DNA of 46,833 nt from a bacterium. Its GTDB lineage: Bacteria; Zhuqueibacterota; Zhuqueibacteria; Zhuqueibacterales; Zhuqueibacteraceae. The position numbers were made by a program, and so were the translations under genes. The notes under the pieces are model-generated. The model ran no database searches and was not told the origin of the DNA. It saw nothing but the letters and a program-made list of their open reading frames with translations. The stretch is taken from assembly GCA_044869275.1 (NCBI GenBank), contig JBIOXB010000067.1:1-46833 (forward strand), written 5' to 3'. How positions within the stretch are numbered: the stretch's first letter is position 1; the number at the start of each line of letters is the position of its first letter. Positions 1-10,202 of this stretch are shown here, one piece after another.

Positions 1-75
1 CCAGCCTTGATAAGCGACCATCACAATGACGATAACGACCGCAGCCCAAAGAAAATGTCGAGCGGTTATGCCCAT
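1..75 (-). CDS. 5' end of a membrane or exported protein, truncated by the window edge
   Basis: ATG at 75-73 reads MGITARHFLWAAVVIVIVMVAYQGW, open to the edge; hydrophobic N-terminal anchor. Confidence 0.55.
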   Translation of the reverse strand, partial: MGITARHFLWAAVVIVIVMVAYQGW

Positions 76-186
76 TGTCTAAAAACTCGAAGCAACACAA
101 AAATGTAATTGCGGTTGGATTGATTTCCGGTGAATTCTCAAGCGCAGATAGTTTTACCCGCCAGGCAAAAGATTTGCGGAGAGCGT

Positions 187-228
187 TGGGGGGATGGGGA
201 GATGGGGAGACGGGGAGACGGGGGGACG
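187..228 (+). repeat. G-rich octamer tandem repeat (YGGGGRGA) x5
   Basis: tgggggga tggggaga tggggaga cggggaga cgggggga, just downstream of the ATPase stop. Confidence 0.85.
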
Positions 229-242
229 AAGACGAGGAAGGC

Positions 243-1037
243 TTACAGATGTCGCAAAAAGGCGGAAGGGTTATTTAAGAAATCGCGCGTAAGTGTGACG
301 TGCTCGAGCTCATCATAAGCCACTTCTTTGATGGGCGGATGATCGCAGCTCAAAATCGCGGCGCCGGGGAAGGCCATCAAAATCGGGGAATGCGTGGCGA
401 TGAGGAATTGCGCGTTCTGCGCCACCATTTCCTTCAACATAAACAGCAGCGTCAATTGCCGCAGCGGTGACAGCGGCGCTTCCGGTTCATCGAGAACATA
501 CAGGCCGCCGGGCACGAAGCGCGCTTTGAATAAATGCAAGAAGCTTTCCCCGTGCGAGCGGGCATCCGCATCTTCGCCGTATTTTTGCACCAGCGCCGCG
601 CGCTGTGCCAATGCCGACCCTTTCGCCAAAGCCAGCCCATGACCGCTGAGGCGCCCTTCATATTCCACGGCCATGTGCTGGAGCTCGCTGCCCAGCTGAT
701 TCACGCGGCGGGTAAAATTGAAAAAATCTTCGGCGCGCAGGAACAAGCCCCGGTGCGTGCGCTTTTGCCAAGCCAGCTTGAATTCTCTTGCCAGCTTGCG
801 CGCGTGCGAGAGGGTTTTGTCGCGCTGCACCTCCTCCCCTCCCACCGTGGGCAAACCCGCGGCGGCGGCCAAAGCTTCCAACAAAGTCGATTTACCCGAA
901 CCATTCTCGCCGACGAGAAAAGTGACTTCGGAGCTCAGTGCCATCGTTTTAAGCGTCTTGATCAAGGGAATGTTGAACGGGAACGCCGCTATTTTTCTGG
1001 CACCGGGCTTCAGAGTGACGGATTGTAGATGAATCAT
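243..1037 (-). CDS. ABC-fold AAA-family ATPase (COG3910-like)
   Basis: Walker [10 protein letters not shown], signature-like SHGES, Walker B YVLDEPE, H-loop IATHSP; ATG at 1037 preferred over TTG at 1049. Confidence 0.88.
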   Translation of the reverse strand: MIHLQSVTLKPGARKIAAFPFNIPLIKTLKTMALSSEVTFLVGENGSGKSTLLEALAAAAGLPTVGGEEVQRDKTLSHARKLAREFKLAWQKRTHRGLFLRAEDFFNFTRRVNQLGSELQHMAVEYEGRLSGHGLALAKGSALAQRAALVQKYGEDADARSHGESFLHLFKARFVPGGLYVLDEPEAPLSPLRQLTLLFMLKEMVAQNAQFLIATHSPILMAFPGAAILSCDHPPIKEVAYDELEHVTLTRDFLNNPSAFLRHL

Positions 1038-1132
1038 CGCTGCTCTCAAAATAAGTCTCTGGTCAAAAGCAAAAACTACTTACGCCTCACGTATTAGCTG
1101 GACAATGTCAGCTTAAATTCGCGCCTCCCAAT

Positions 1133-1202
1133 CTGTCATGCTGTAAGCATCTTCCCAAGAGGGCTGCACCAAAATCTGGGGAAGATGCTTACAGCATGAC
1201 AG
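1133..1202. repeat. 24-bp perfect inverted repeat (TGTCA...TGACA REP-like palindrome)
   Basis: ctgtcatgctgtaagcatcttccc (1133-1156) pairs with gggaagatgcttacagcatgacag (1179-1202). Confidence 0.9.
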
Positions 1203-1240
1203 AGAACGGGGGCTTTGAGGACCAATTTAACATTGTCAAG

Positions 1241-1269
1241 TTGCGTTTAAAATAAATTCTCTTTAATAT
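1241..1269 (+). promoter_or_regulatory. Putative sigma70 promoter for the dehydrogenase/diheme gene pair
   Basis: TTGCGT-17 nt-TAATAT, about 45 nt upstream of ATG 1314. Confidence 0.45.
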
Positions 1270-1313
1270 GCGCGCGCGCTTTGAGAGAAGCAAATTCTGA
1301 TGCAGGAAAAAAT

Positions 1314-2363
1314 ATGCTCGCCCTGACCTTTCACGGCAAAGAAACGATCAAAGTCGAAACCGTGCGAGCTCCTGAAATCCTCGCGCCCACGGACGTCATT
1401 CTCAAAACACGGGCTGCCGGCATTTGCGGCTCTGATTTACATGTCTACCATGAGCGCGAACGCGGCCTTGATCGCGGCACCGTGATGGGCCATGAGGTGA
1501 CGGGCGAAATCGTCGAGGTAGGCCACGATATTCGCCGCTTTCGAAAGGGCGATCTGGTCGTTGCTCCATTCACCACCAATTGCGGCCGATGCTATTATTG
1601 CCAAATCGGCTTGACCTGCCGCTGCGCAACCGGGCAGCTTTTCGGCTGGGTGCAGAACGGCGCCGGTTTGCAAGGCGTGCAGGCGGAATACGTGCGCGTG
1701 CCGCTGGCGGATTCAACTTTGCTCCCGGTTCCGGAGGAAATTTTGCCGGAAGAAGCTCTTTTTCTCGGCGATATTCTGGCGACCGGCTATTATTGCGCCG
1801 CGCAGGCCAAAATCGATCCGCGGGGAACTTATGCGGTGCTTGGCTGCGGGCCGGTGGGCTTAATGGCGATCATTGGCGCGCGCGAGCACGGTGCGGAGAA
1901 AATCTTTGCACTTGATGTGCTGCCGGAAAGATTGCAGCTTGCCGCGCGTCTCGGCGCTGCACCCTTGCATGTGCAGGAGGGTGATCCGGTGCAAGCTGTG
2001 CGCACCGCCACCCAGGGCCGCGGCGCGGACGCCGTGCTGGAAGTGGTTGGCAATTCCTCCGCACAACGCCTGGCCTATGACCTGGTTCGGGCAGGCGGCG
2101 TCATTTCCGTCGTGGGGGTGCACACTGCTCCGCAATTTGCTTTCTCGCCGGCGGAAGCTTACGACAAAAACCTCACCTACCGCGTCGGCCGTTGTCCCGC
2201 ACGGCAGCTTATGCCGCGCCTGCTGCCTATTCTACAAAGCCGAAAATATGACTTGCTGCGCGTCATCTCGCATCGCATGCCGCTGCGCGAGGGCGCGGAA
2301 GGGTATCGCATATTCGATCAAAAACTGCAAGGCTGCACCAAGGTTGTGTTGTTTCCAGAATGA
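1314..2363 (+). CDS. Zinc-dependent medium-chain alcohol dehydrogenase (formaldehyde dehydrogenase-like subgroup)
   Basis: GICGSDLH, GHE, structural Zn CxxCxxCx7C, GDILATG, NAD-binding GCGPVG; AGGA upstream of ATG 1314. Confidence 0.9.
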   Translation: MLALTFHGKETIKVETVRAPEILAPTDVILKTRAAGICGSDLHVYHERERGLDRGTVMGHEVTGEIVEVGHDIRRFRKGDLVVAPFTTNCGRCYYCQIGLTCRCATGQLFGWVQNGAGLQGVQAEYVRVPLADSTLLPVPEEILPEEALFLGDILATGYYCAAQAKIDPRGTYAVLGCGPVGLMAIIGAREHGAEKIFALDVLPERLQLAARLGAAPLHVQEGDPVQAVRTATQGRGADAVLEVVGNSSAQRLAYDLVRAGGVISVVGVHTAPQFAFSPAEAYDKNLTYRVGRCPARQLMPRLLPILQSRKYDLLRVISHRMPLREGAEGYRIFDQKLQGCTKVVLFPE

Positions 2364-2384
2364 CAAGCGCATCGGAGATATACC

Positions 2385-4712
2385 ATGAAGCCAAAATTCA
2401 CGAGGATATTTGGGGGATTGGGAGTTTCGCTTTTTGCTCTTCTGTCATTTATCTATCTTCCTCTGCCCGGCCTCGAGGCGCCGCGTGAGAACTCGAGGGG
2501 CAGCGAAAAGCCGGGCAGGCAGACAGCAGATGTTGCTGAGCGTGCCGAAGAACATTTTCGCGTCTTGGCGGCGAGCACCAATCTCCGCCGCCCCTACCTT
2601 AGAATGCCGGAGAGGGCAGATAATCCCATGACTCCGGAAAAAGTCGAACTGGGCCGCTTGCTTTATTTTGATCCGATTCTTTCAGCAGAAAACGATATTT
2701 CCTGCGCCCATTGCCATCATCCCGATCTGGGTTTCTCTGACAATCGCGGCCTGTCCATGGGACGCAAGGGCGAAGGCCTGGGTCCGGCGCGCCGGAACGG
2801 CGCGGTGTTGCGGCGCGGCGCGCCGACGATTTGGAATGCCGCTTACAATCACCGCCAGTTTTGGGATGGCCGCGCTCGCGATCTCGAGGAGCAGGCGCGC
2901 GGCCCCATACAAGATCGCAACGAAATGGCACAGGATTCGACCGAACTGCTGCAAGAGCTGCAAGCGATTCCTGAATACGTGCGCCTATTCCAGAGAACTT
3001 TTGGCGCCAGCAACGGCTCGACGATCACCTTTCAAAAGGTAACGCATGCCCTGGCCGCATTCGAGCGCACGATTCTGTCGCAAAACTCCGCTTTTGACCG
3101 TTACGCGCGCGGCGAGATGCACGCGCTTGATCCCAGCCAGCGCCGTGGCTTCAATATTTTTCGTTCCTTGAAAACGCGCTGCTTCGAATGCCATAACCTG
3201 CCCACTTTCGCCAATTCGGATTTCAAAGTGATTGGCGTTCCGGATTTGCCGGGAGAAGCGCCGGATTGGGGCCGCGCCGAGATCGCGGGCGCGGGCTATG
3301 AGCGTGCGTTCAAAGTGCCCACGCTGCGCAACTCGGCACTCACTGCTCCCTACATGCACAACGGTATTTTCAGAACCCTCGAAGAAGTGATCGATTTTTA
3401 CGCCGGTGGTGGCGGTCCAGGGCGCGGACTCGAGGTTTCGAATTTGGATGATAAAATCCGCGCCTTCGCCTTGCGTCCGCAGGAGAAGCAAGATTTGATC
3501 GCGTTCTTGCACGCGCTCACGGATGAATCCGCGCGGCCGGAAATTCCACCTGCTGTGCCTTCGGGATTGCCGGTCGTCCCGCGCTTAACGAATCAATCGC
3601 CGGAAATGAAAGTCTTTAAAGGGCGGGAGGAGGAACAGCCCCGGGCACAAGTCGTGCGAGAAGGCAAAAGATTGATCGTGCAAAGCGGCGAATCGATTCA
3701 GGCTGCCATCGATCTAGCACAGCCGGGCGATACCGTGATGGTGAGCCCCGGTGTTTACCACGAAACCTTAACGGTGGATGTGTCGGGCCTCACGCTGTTG
3801 GGCATGGAAAATCAAGACGGGCGGCCCATTCTCGAGGGCAGAAATATTCTAGCTGATGGCCTGATCGGCTCGGGCAGCGATTTTGAAATCCGCAATTTCA
3901 CCGTGCGCAATTACACCGCCAACGGCTTGATGCTCAATGGCGCGAAACGCACGACCTTTCGTGATGTACACTGCGAGAATCCGGGTTTGTACGGACTCTA
4001 TCCCGTCGAATGTTTGGAGGTTTTGATCGAGCGCTGCAGCGTGAGCGGCGCCAGGGACGCGGGAATCTATGTGGGGCAGTCGAAGAATATCGTGGTGCGC
4101 GATTGCAAAGCTTACGCGAATGTTTGCGGCATTGAAATCGAAAACTCAGTGAACGCGGTGGTCGAAAACAACGAAGCTTACGACAACGCCGGCGGCATTT
4201 TGGTTTTTCTGCTGCCCAACAATCCCTCCAAAGTCTCACGCCACTGCAAGGTCATCCATAATCGCATTTACGACAACAACCACGTCAACTTTGGCGATTC
4301 CAGCGCGATTGTGAGCCGCGTGCCTTCGGGCACGGGTGTTTTGATTCTCGCCGCGGATGACGTCGAAGTCGCGCACAACGAAATCCGCGACAACCTATCC
4401 GTCGGCATCGCCGTCGTTGGTTTGGATTTATTGTTCCAACCGAGCGCGCGTTACGATGTCGATCCGCTGCCCGAAGGTTGCTGGATTCATAACAATCAAA
4501 TGGCCAGCAATGGTACCCAGCCGGCGGGCGTCATCAAAGAGATGGGTTTTGCGGGCGTCGATTTATTGTGGGATTTGAGCGGGTACGATAATAGCTGGAA
4601 CCAACCCGGTGCGACCAAAATGCCAGCGCTGTTGCCGAACAAATCCTGGCCGGACATTGCGCGGCGGGCGAATTGGAGGCTGTGGCAGACATTAAAGAGA
4701 GCTTTCGGCTAA
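2385..4712 (+). CDS. Diheme cytochrome c peroxidase/MauG-family domain fused to a parallel beta-helix domain
   Basis: N-terminal hydrophobic segment; [45 protein letters not shown]; then [35 protein letters not shown] beta-helix motifs (TIGR03805-like). Confidence 0.88.
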   Translation: MKPKFTRIFGGLGVSLFALLSFIYLPLPGLEAPRENSRGSEKPGRQTADVAERAEEHFRVLAASTNLRRPYLRMPERADNPMTPEKVELGRLLYFDPILSAENDISCAHCHHPDLGFSDNRGLSMGRKGEGLGPARRNGAVLRRGAPTIWNAAYNHRQFWDGRARDLEEQARGPIQDRNEMAQDSTELLQELQAIPEYVRLFQRTFGASNGSTITFQKVTHALAAFERTILSQNSAFDRYARGEMHALDPSQRRGFNIFRSLKTRCFECHNLPTFANSDFKVIGVPDLPGEAPDWGRAEIAGAGYERAFKVPTLRNSALTAPYMHNGIFRTLEEVIDFYAGGGGPGRGLEVSNLDDKIRAFALRPQEKQDLIAFLHALTDESARPEIPPAVPSGLPVVPRLTNQSPEMKVFKGREEEQPRAQVVREGKRLIVQSGESIQAAIDLAQPGDTVMVSPGVYHETLTVDVSGLTLLGMENQDGRPILEGRNILADGLIGSGSDFEIRNFTVRNYTANGLMLNGAKRTTFRDVHCENPGLYGLYPVECLEVLIERCSVSGARDAGIYVGQSKNIVVRDCKAYANVCGIEIENSVNAVVENNEAYDNAGGILVFLLPNNPSKVSRHCKVIHNRIYDNNHVNFGDSSAIVSRVPSGTGVLILAADDVEVAHNEIRDNLSVGIAVVGLDLLFQPSARYDVDPLPEGCWIHNNQMASNGTQPAGVIKEMGFAGVDLLWDLSGYDNSWNQPGATKMPALLPNKSWPDIARRANWRLWQTLKRAFG

Positions 4713-4854
4713 TTCCGGGCAGTAATTTTCGTCGATCTCCTGCACCAAGCCTGCCGCCCCACCGAGGTCAAATCGTTCCGGCCATGGTTTGGTTATGTCA
4801 GACGAAGACGCCAACAAAGTTGGGCTGGCGCATCTATTTGATAAACGGACAGGC

Positions 4855-5274
4855 TTAACCTTTGAACACCCACAGATTGCTGAAACTGTAATTGATCAGT
4901 ACCCCAATCGCGATGCCGCAGGCATTTGCGATCAAATAATGCACATGCATATACTCGTGCAATAACCAGAGCAGAAAGAAATTCGTGAGCGCTGCCAGGC
5001 TGACCGCAAGATGATACTTGAGCAGTGCGCGCCAGCACCCCTCGCGCCTTGCGGCTTGGCGATCCATGAAAGTCCATTGATAATTCCAGGCAAAGTTATT
5101 GAGAATGGAAATTTCAATGGCGATGCCGCCGGCAAGCAACACAGGAGCGTGAGTCACTTGCTTCAGAAACCACAGGGTCAGCATATTCACCGCGATGCCC
5201 GAAATGCCGACCACGCCAAATTTCATCATTCGAAGTGCGTTTGGCAGCGTGGCACTAATGCGCTTGATTGACAT
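4855..5274 (-). CDS. GtrA-family flippase-like membrane protein
   Basis: KFGVVGISGIAVN, NNFAWNYQWTF, four TM segments, C-terminal WVF. Confidence 0.85.
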   Translation of the reverse strand: MSIKRISATLPNALRMMKFGVVGISGIAVNMLTLWFLKQVTHAPVLLAGGIAIEISILNNFAWNYQWTFMDRQAARREGCWRALLKYHLAVSLAALTNFFLLWLLHEYMHVHYLIANACGIAIGVLINYSFSNLWVFKG

Positions 5275-6619
5275 CTACCTTGCGATAAATGAGGGTGTGC
5301 TCAAATTCTGCAAAACGCGTGCAGTTCCGGTGCTGATCCGCCGCTTGCCTGAGTGACAAGTAGGGCGAATATTTCGGCAACACGATCCAGTCGTGGCTTG
5401 CGCGGTCCAGCCTCATGACGAATTCTTTTTTGTTCTCGTTGAATTGTTCTACGGCATAGTGACGCTTGTTTTGCAGATTGCTGTAAAACAGCAAGGAACG
5501 CGCATTCGAAGTAGCGACGGCGCTGCAATCGGGAATCGTGGCAATGACCTTGTCCCATTCCTGCGTGTGGATGCTATCACGCAGATCCAAATACTCACCA
5601 GCGTGCGGAAAAATGCCGTAGGCCTCGGGGTTTGGGACCAGCACAATGCAGGCGCACAATACGGCAAGCGCAATCCTCCAGGCGATGGGGCTCCTGCGGA
5701 AATGACCCAGAAATCGTCCGCGCCACCACGTCAGCCCCGCCACGCCCAGCACAAGTAGTATGGGCAAGAAAGGCACCAGGTACCGGTGAAAGGGAATTAG
5801 AAAAAAAGCGGAGACGAGGAAAAAGCCGCAAACCAGCAGAACCGGCTGCAGTTTTTTTTCCCGCCGCAGGGTGAACCCAGACGCGAGCATGCCCGCGAAG
5901 AGCGGCAATGAAAGCTGCCGGATGGCGTTCAGCCAGTGAAAATCCCACCACCGCAAGCCACTGGTACGGTTCGCGTGAAACGCCAGACCTTGCGTCGCGA
6001 TGATGAGCCACGGCAGATAGGCTAGCACATAGAGCGCGAGGCGGCCGGCGGTCTTTTTCCAATCTCCCTCAAATTTGTGAAAGTAGAACAATAACAAAGC
6101 GGGCGCGAGATAAAAGCCAAAGTAGTGCGTATAAATTGCGCCGAGGAATCCCAGCGCGAGCAGCCGTTCGTCTTCACAGGTCAAACCGTGCAGGCAAAGC
6201 GTCAAAAAGAAAGTGAACATCGCATACATGGTTGCCGATTGCGCGTATTGTTGATACAACACATTGAAGGTCAGCAAAAGCGCGCTGAGTAGACCCACCG
6301 CTCGTGATCTCAGGCGTGCGCCGAGTGCATACGCCACCACGACCGTGGCGGCGGCAAAAAGAACGGAGGGCCAGCGCATGGCACTTTCCGAAAAACCGGC
6401 TACTGCGCCGATCGCGGCCAGGAGCAAGTGGTGCGCGGGCGGGTGGCGAAAAAAAATAGGATCGTCGTAGAAATCGCTATGCAAGGGATGCTGGGCGAGA
6501 TTAACATAAACCGCTTCGTCGTAATAGAGCGGGGATGAGAGATTTTGGCTGCAAATCGCCAGGCTCGCAATCACGAGCACAACCAAGCCCGCGATATGGC
6601 GGGGGGTGGGCCTGGGCAT
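5255..6619 (-). CDS. GT-C glycosyltransferase family 39 (PMT/ArnT-like)
   Basis: YDEAVY loop, HPP motif, RWPSVLF, YTHYFG, many TM helices; ATG 6619 avoids overlap with rodA. Confidence 0.82.
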   Translation of the reverse strand: MPRPTPRHIAGLVVLVIASLAICSQNLSSPLYYDEAVYVNLAQHPLHSDFYDDPIFFRHPPAHHLLLAAIGAVAGFSESAMRWPSVLFAAATVVVAYALGARLRSRAVGLLSALLLTFNVLYQQYAQSATMYAMFTFFLTLCLHGLTCEDERLLALGFLGAIYTHYFGFYLAPALLLFYFHKFEGDWKKTAGRLALYVLAYLPWLIIATQGLAFHANRTSGLRWWDFHWLNAIRQLSLPLFAGMLASGFTLRREKKLQPVLLVCGFFLVSAFFLIPFHRYLVPFLPILLVLGVAGLTWWRGRFLGHFRRSPIAWRIALAVLCACIVLVPNPEAYGIFPHAGEYLDLRDSIHTQEWDKVIATIPDCSAVATSNARSLLFYSNLQNKRHYAVEQFNENKKEFVMRLDRASHDWIVLPKYSPYLSLRQAADQHRNCTRFAEFEHTLIYRKVDVNQAH

Positions 6620-6647
6620 GATGCTGTTCGAGCTGCGCTCGTTAGTG

Positions 6648-7883
6648 TCAATATTGAAATTTCCTCGTGCTCGCACTTAAAATCAGACCGATGAGAATCA
6701 TGCTGGTGAGCAGCGACGAGCCGCCATAGCTTAAGAACGGCAGCGGAATTCCGGTGACGGGCATGATGCCCACGGTCATGCCGGTGTTGATAATCACGTG
6801 CACCGCCATAAGGGAAACGCATCCGATCACGACCAACGACAGAAACTTGTTTTTGACTTCTCCCGCGATTTGCAGCCCACGCCAGAGTAGCGTAAAAAAA
6901 GTCACCAAAATAATCGTCACGCCAAAGAAGCCGAATTCTTCGCCAATGACGGAGAAAATGAAATCCGTGTGCTGTTCCGGCAGAAAGCGCAGCTTCGTTT
7001 GCGTGCCTTTGGCCCACCCTTTCCCCCAAAACTCTCCCGAGCCGATGGCGACTTGCGACTGCGCCACTTGATACCCCGTGCCGCGAGGATCTTGCTCCAG
7101 CCCCAGGAAGATCATGATGCGTGTTTTTTGATAGTCGCGCAGGCGATTCCACAGGCTCGGCGTGAGCGCGCCCACAGCGATGTTCAATGCGAACACGGCA
7201 ATCAACAACGGGAGGCGGCGCTTCGCCAAATACAATACGCCGAGGATCAGAATCATGGCGGCCAGAAAAGTGTAGAAATGAAAAGCCGAAATCGCGGCCA
7301 ATATCGGACTGATGACGATGAAAACGATGAACGGAGACAAACCCGCCCAAAACATCATCGGCAAGAGCATGCCGATGGCAGTGATGGCCGTGCCCAAGTC
7401 CGGTTGTTTGAGGATCAGCGCCGCGGGCAATGCGACCAGGCCAAATGCGATCGCAATGTCTTTGCCGCGGCTCAAATCCCGGCCTTCCGAGGATAGAAAT
7501 TTCGCCAGGGTCAAAATCATCGCGATCTTGGCGACTTCCGAAGGTTGAAAATGCACGGGCCCGAAAATGAACCAGCGATGAGCGCCCTTGCCGCCGCCGA
7601 CGAACAAAACCATCACCAGCAAGATGACGCTGAACAGGTACAAACCGTAAGCGGCGTCGTGCAGCATCTTCACCGGCATCAGAATCACCGCGGAGGCACC
7701 CATGACGCCGATCAACAGCCAGATCACCTGCTTGGAAAAATTATTTTGCAAAAGCTCAGAAACTTCCTGCATGGAGGTGGCGCTGTATATTGCCATCAGG
7801 CCGGAAAGCGCCAAAATGGCAACGCAAACCACGACAATTTTGTCGAGCTCGCGCCAATTCTCCACCGACCGTGCGAACATCAT
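6648..7883 (-). CDS. rodA: Rod shape-determining SEDS protein RodA
   Basis: FQPSEVAK, QPDLGT, LPEQHTDFIF, GIPLPFLSYGGSS; follows mrdA. Confidence 0.96.
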   Translation of the reverse strand: MMFARSVENWRELDKIVVVCVAILALSGLMAIYSATSMQEVSELLQNNFSKQVIWLLIGVMGASAVILMPVKMLHDAAYGLYLFSVILLVMVLFVGGGKGAHRWFIFGPVHFQPSEVAKIAMILTLAKFLSSEGRDLSRGKDIAIAFGLVALPAALILKQPDLGTAITAIGMLLPMMFWAGLSPFIVFIVISPILAAISAFHFYTFLAAMILILGVLYLAKRRLPLLIAVFALNIAVGALTPSLWNRLRDYQKTRIMIFLGLEQDPRGTGYQVAQSQVAIGSGEFWGKGWAKGTQTKLRFLPEQHTDFIFSVIGEEFGFFGVTIILVTFFTLLWRGLQIAGEVKNKFLSLVVIGCVSLMAVHVIINTGMTVGIMPVTGIPLPFLSYGGSSLLTSMILIGLILSASTRKFQY

Positions 7884-9698
7884 TCAATCCGACCATCTGG
7901 CTTTTTCGGGGTGAGAAACCAATTTGTTCTGCTCATACAGAAGCGCAATGATTTTGCGCGCGAACGGTGCGGCATTGGCGCCGCCGCCGCCGCCGTTTTC
8001 AAGAAAAATGCAATACGCGATTTGCGGGTCTTCAAAAGGCGCAAAGCCGATATACCAAGCATGCGTCTCGCCGTGGGGGTTTTGCGCCGTGCCGGTTTTG
8101 CCTGCCGAAATTACCCCCGGCACCCGCGCGGATTTCGCCGTGCCCGTCGGGCTGTTCACGACCAGATACATCCCCCGTTTTGTCATCGCATAAGTCTCCG
8201 GCTTGATGCCGCGCACCAAAAACGAATCGGGCAGGGCAACTTCCCTTTCCTTTGAAGTGACGGGGTCGAAAATCCCGCGCCCGAGCCGGGGCTTGAAACT
8301 GCGCCCTTCATTCGCGATGGCCATCGCGAAACAAGCCATTTGCAGCGGCGTGGTCAGCAGCTCGCCTTGTCCGATCGCAAGATTGAGCATCAAACCTTTG
8401 CTCCAGCGCCCGCGGCCGTAGCGCTGGTCTAAGTATTCTTGATCCGGCACCATGCCCCCTCTTTCCGCAACCAGATCGATGCCCGTGAGGCTGCCAAAGC
8501 CGAAGCGCTTGGAGTATTCCGCCCAATGCTCCAAACCGACCTTCAAGCCCATGCGATAGAAATAAACGTCGCAAGATTGCTCGATGGCTTGCAGCAGATT
8601 CACCGTGCCGTGCCCGCCCTGCCGCCAACAGCCGAAGCTGCGATTCCCCAAGCGAAAATAGCCCGGGCAGAACACACGTTCGTTCGGGTCGATGAGACCG
8701 GTTTCCAGACCGGCAATCACCAGTACGAGCTTGAAGGTGGAGCCAGGCGGATACGTGCTTTGCACCATGCGGTCATAGAGCGGCTTGTCGGGATGGTTGC
8801 TCAAGCGATTCCATTCCTGCGGGGACAACGGCTTGGAAAAAAGATCGGGATCATAGTCCGGCTTGCTCACCAGCGCCAGCACCTCGCCGTTTTTGCAATT
8901 GAGCACGATCGCGCCGCCACGGCGTTCCGCCATTTCGATCTCGAGCATGCGCTGTAGCGAGGCATCGAGTCCGAGCAAAAGATCCGATCCGGGTTGGGGA
9001 GCAAGCGGCTTCAAAAACTCGCTGTCATTCTCATCGAGATCGCGCACCACCCGGCCGAGCGCATCCACTTCGACGTAGCGCAGGCCTTTGTGGCCGCGCA
9101 GCGTGGATTCATACTGCCTCTCGATGCCTTTCTTGCCGATCAAATCTCCCGGCCGGTATTGCTCGCCAAAGGTGTTCAATTCGGCGTCGCTGATTTCGCC
9201 GAGATAGCCGAAGAGATGCGGGGCTTTGATGCCGTTGAGGTAAGCGCGCCGCGACTCCGCGCGAAAATCGATGCCCGCCAATTCCAGACGGCGCTCGTAG
9301 AGCAAACTCAAGCCACTGAAATCTATTTGCCGTTCGATTTTGACCGGCGTGAAATTGCCGCGCTTGTTGCGTGCAATCTGTTTTTGCAAATCATCGGGGC
9401 TCACATGAAAGGCGGTGGCCAGAAGCTGGTAGGCGGGCGATTTACTTTTCAACTCCGCCGGAATCGCATAGACCGCATAGGCCGGACGGTTATCCACCAG
9501 GATTTCTCCATAGCGGTCGCGGAGCAAGCCCCGCGGCGGCTCGACTTCAACCGCGCGCACACGATTTTTCTCCGACTCCCGCAAATATTGCTCGCCCATA
9601 TAAAGCTGCACGTAGGCGAAGCGCGCCAGCACCACGAGCATCGACAGGCTCAAGCCGGCGGAAAGGATGAGGCGCTTGGTGGAATCGCTGAGTTCCAT
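7884..9698 (-). CDS. mrdA: Penicillin-binding protein 2
   Basis: PPRG, YPPGSTFK (SxxK), SCD (SxN-like), KTGTAQ; within the mre cluster. Confidence 0.96.
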   Translation of the reverse strand: MELSDSTKRLILSAGLSLSMLVVLARFAYVQLYMGEQYLRESEKNRVRAVEVEPPRGLLRDRYGEILVDNRPAYAVYAIPAELKSKSPAYQLLATAFHVSPDDLQKQIARNKRGNFTPVKIERQIDFSGLSLLYERRLELAGIDFRAESRRAYLNGIKAPHLFGYLGEISDAELNTFGEQYRPGDLIGKKGIERQYESTLRGHKGLRYVEVDALGRVVRDLDENDSEFLKPLAPQPGSDLLLGLDASLQRMLEIEMAERRGGAIVLNCKNGEVLALVSKPDYDPDLFSKPLSPQEWNRLSNHPDKPLYDRMVQSTYPPGSTFKLVLVIAGLETGLIDPNERVFCPGYFRLGNRSFGCWRQGGHGTVNLLQAIEQSCDVYFYRMGLKVGLEHWAEYSKRFGFGSLTGIDLVAERGGMVPDQEYLDQRYGRGRWSKGLMLNLAIGQGELLTTPLQMACFAMAIANEGRSFKPRLGRGIFDPVTSKEREVALPDSFLVRGIKPETYAMTKRGMYLVVNSPTGTAKSARVPGVISAGKTGTAQNPHGETHAWYIGFAPFEDPQIAYCIFLENGGGGGANAAPFARKIIALLYEQNKLVSHPEKARWSD

Positions 9699-9709
9699 GA
9701 TCCTCTGAC

Positions 9710-10201
9710 CTATTCGCGCGTGCTGCGCTTAAAAAGATCCGTCCAAACCGTGCGCAGAATCACGACAAAAACCACGCTGTACAAAGCATTGGGAATGACG
9801 AAGCGCACCAGCAAATAAACGAAATTCCAGCCTGCGTTAAAATAGAAAATCGTATCGCGGATGAGATGATTGACCAGCGCCGTGGCCAGCGCAATGCCGA
9901 CGGTCAACTGGAGATCGAACTTGCTCTTGTTCTTGGCGGCATAGCCGGCCACGAAACCGGCAATCGACTTCGACAGCGCCTCCAATCCGAAAAGGTGGCT
10001 TACCACGGCGTCCTGTGCCAGGCCGGTCCAAAAGCCGGTAAAGATCGCGGCGATGACGCCGTGCCGGATCGCCGCGACGATCACCCCGATCAACAAAAAG
10101 TCCGGCTGAATTTCATCAACCACCAGCAATGGGGCGATGATGATTTGCAGCCCGAGAAAGAACGAGAACATCAAAAGGTATTTGGCGACGCGCTTGATCA
10201 A
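9710..10201 (-). CDS. mreD: Rod shape-determining protein MreD
   Basis: PDFLL, GLAQD, hydrophobic; lies between mreC and mrdA. Confidence 0.9.
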   Translation of the reverse strand: MIKRVAKYLLMFSFFLGLQIIIAPLLVVDEIQPDFLLIGVIVAAIRHGVIAAIFTGFWTGLAQDAVVSHLFGLEALSKSIAGFVAGYAAKNKSKFDLQLTVGIALATALVNHLIRDTIFYFNAGWNFVYLLVRFVIPNALYSVVFVVILRTVWTDLFKRSTRE

Positions 10202-10202
10202 C

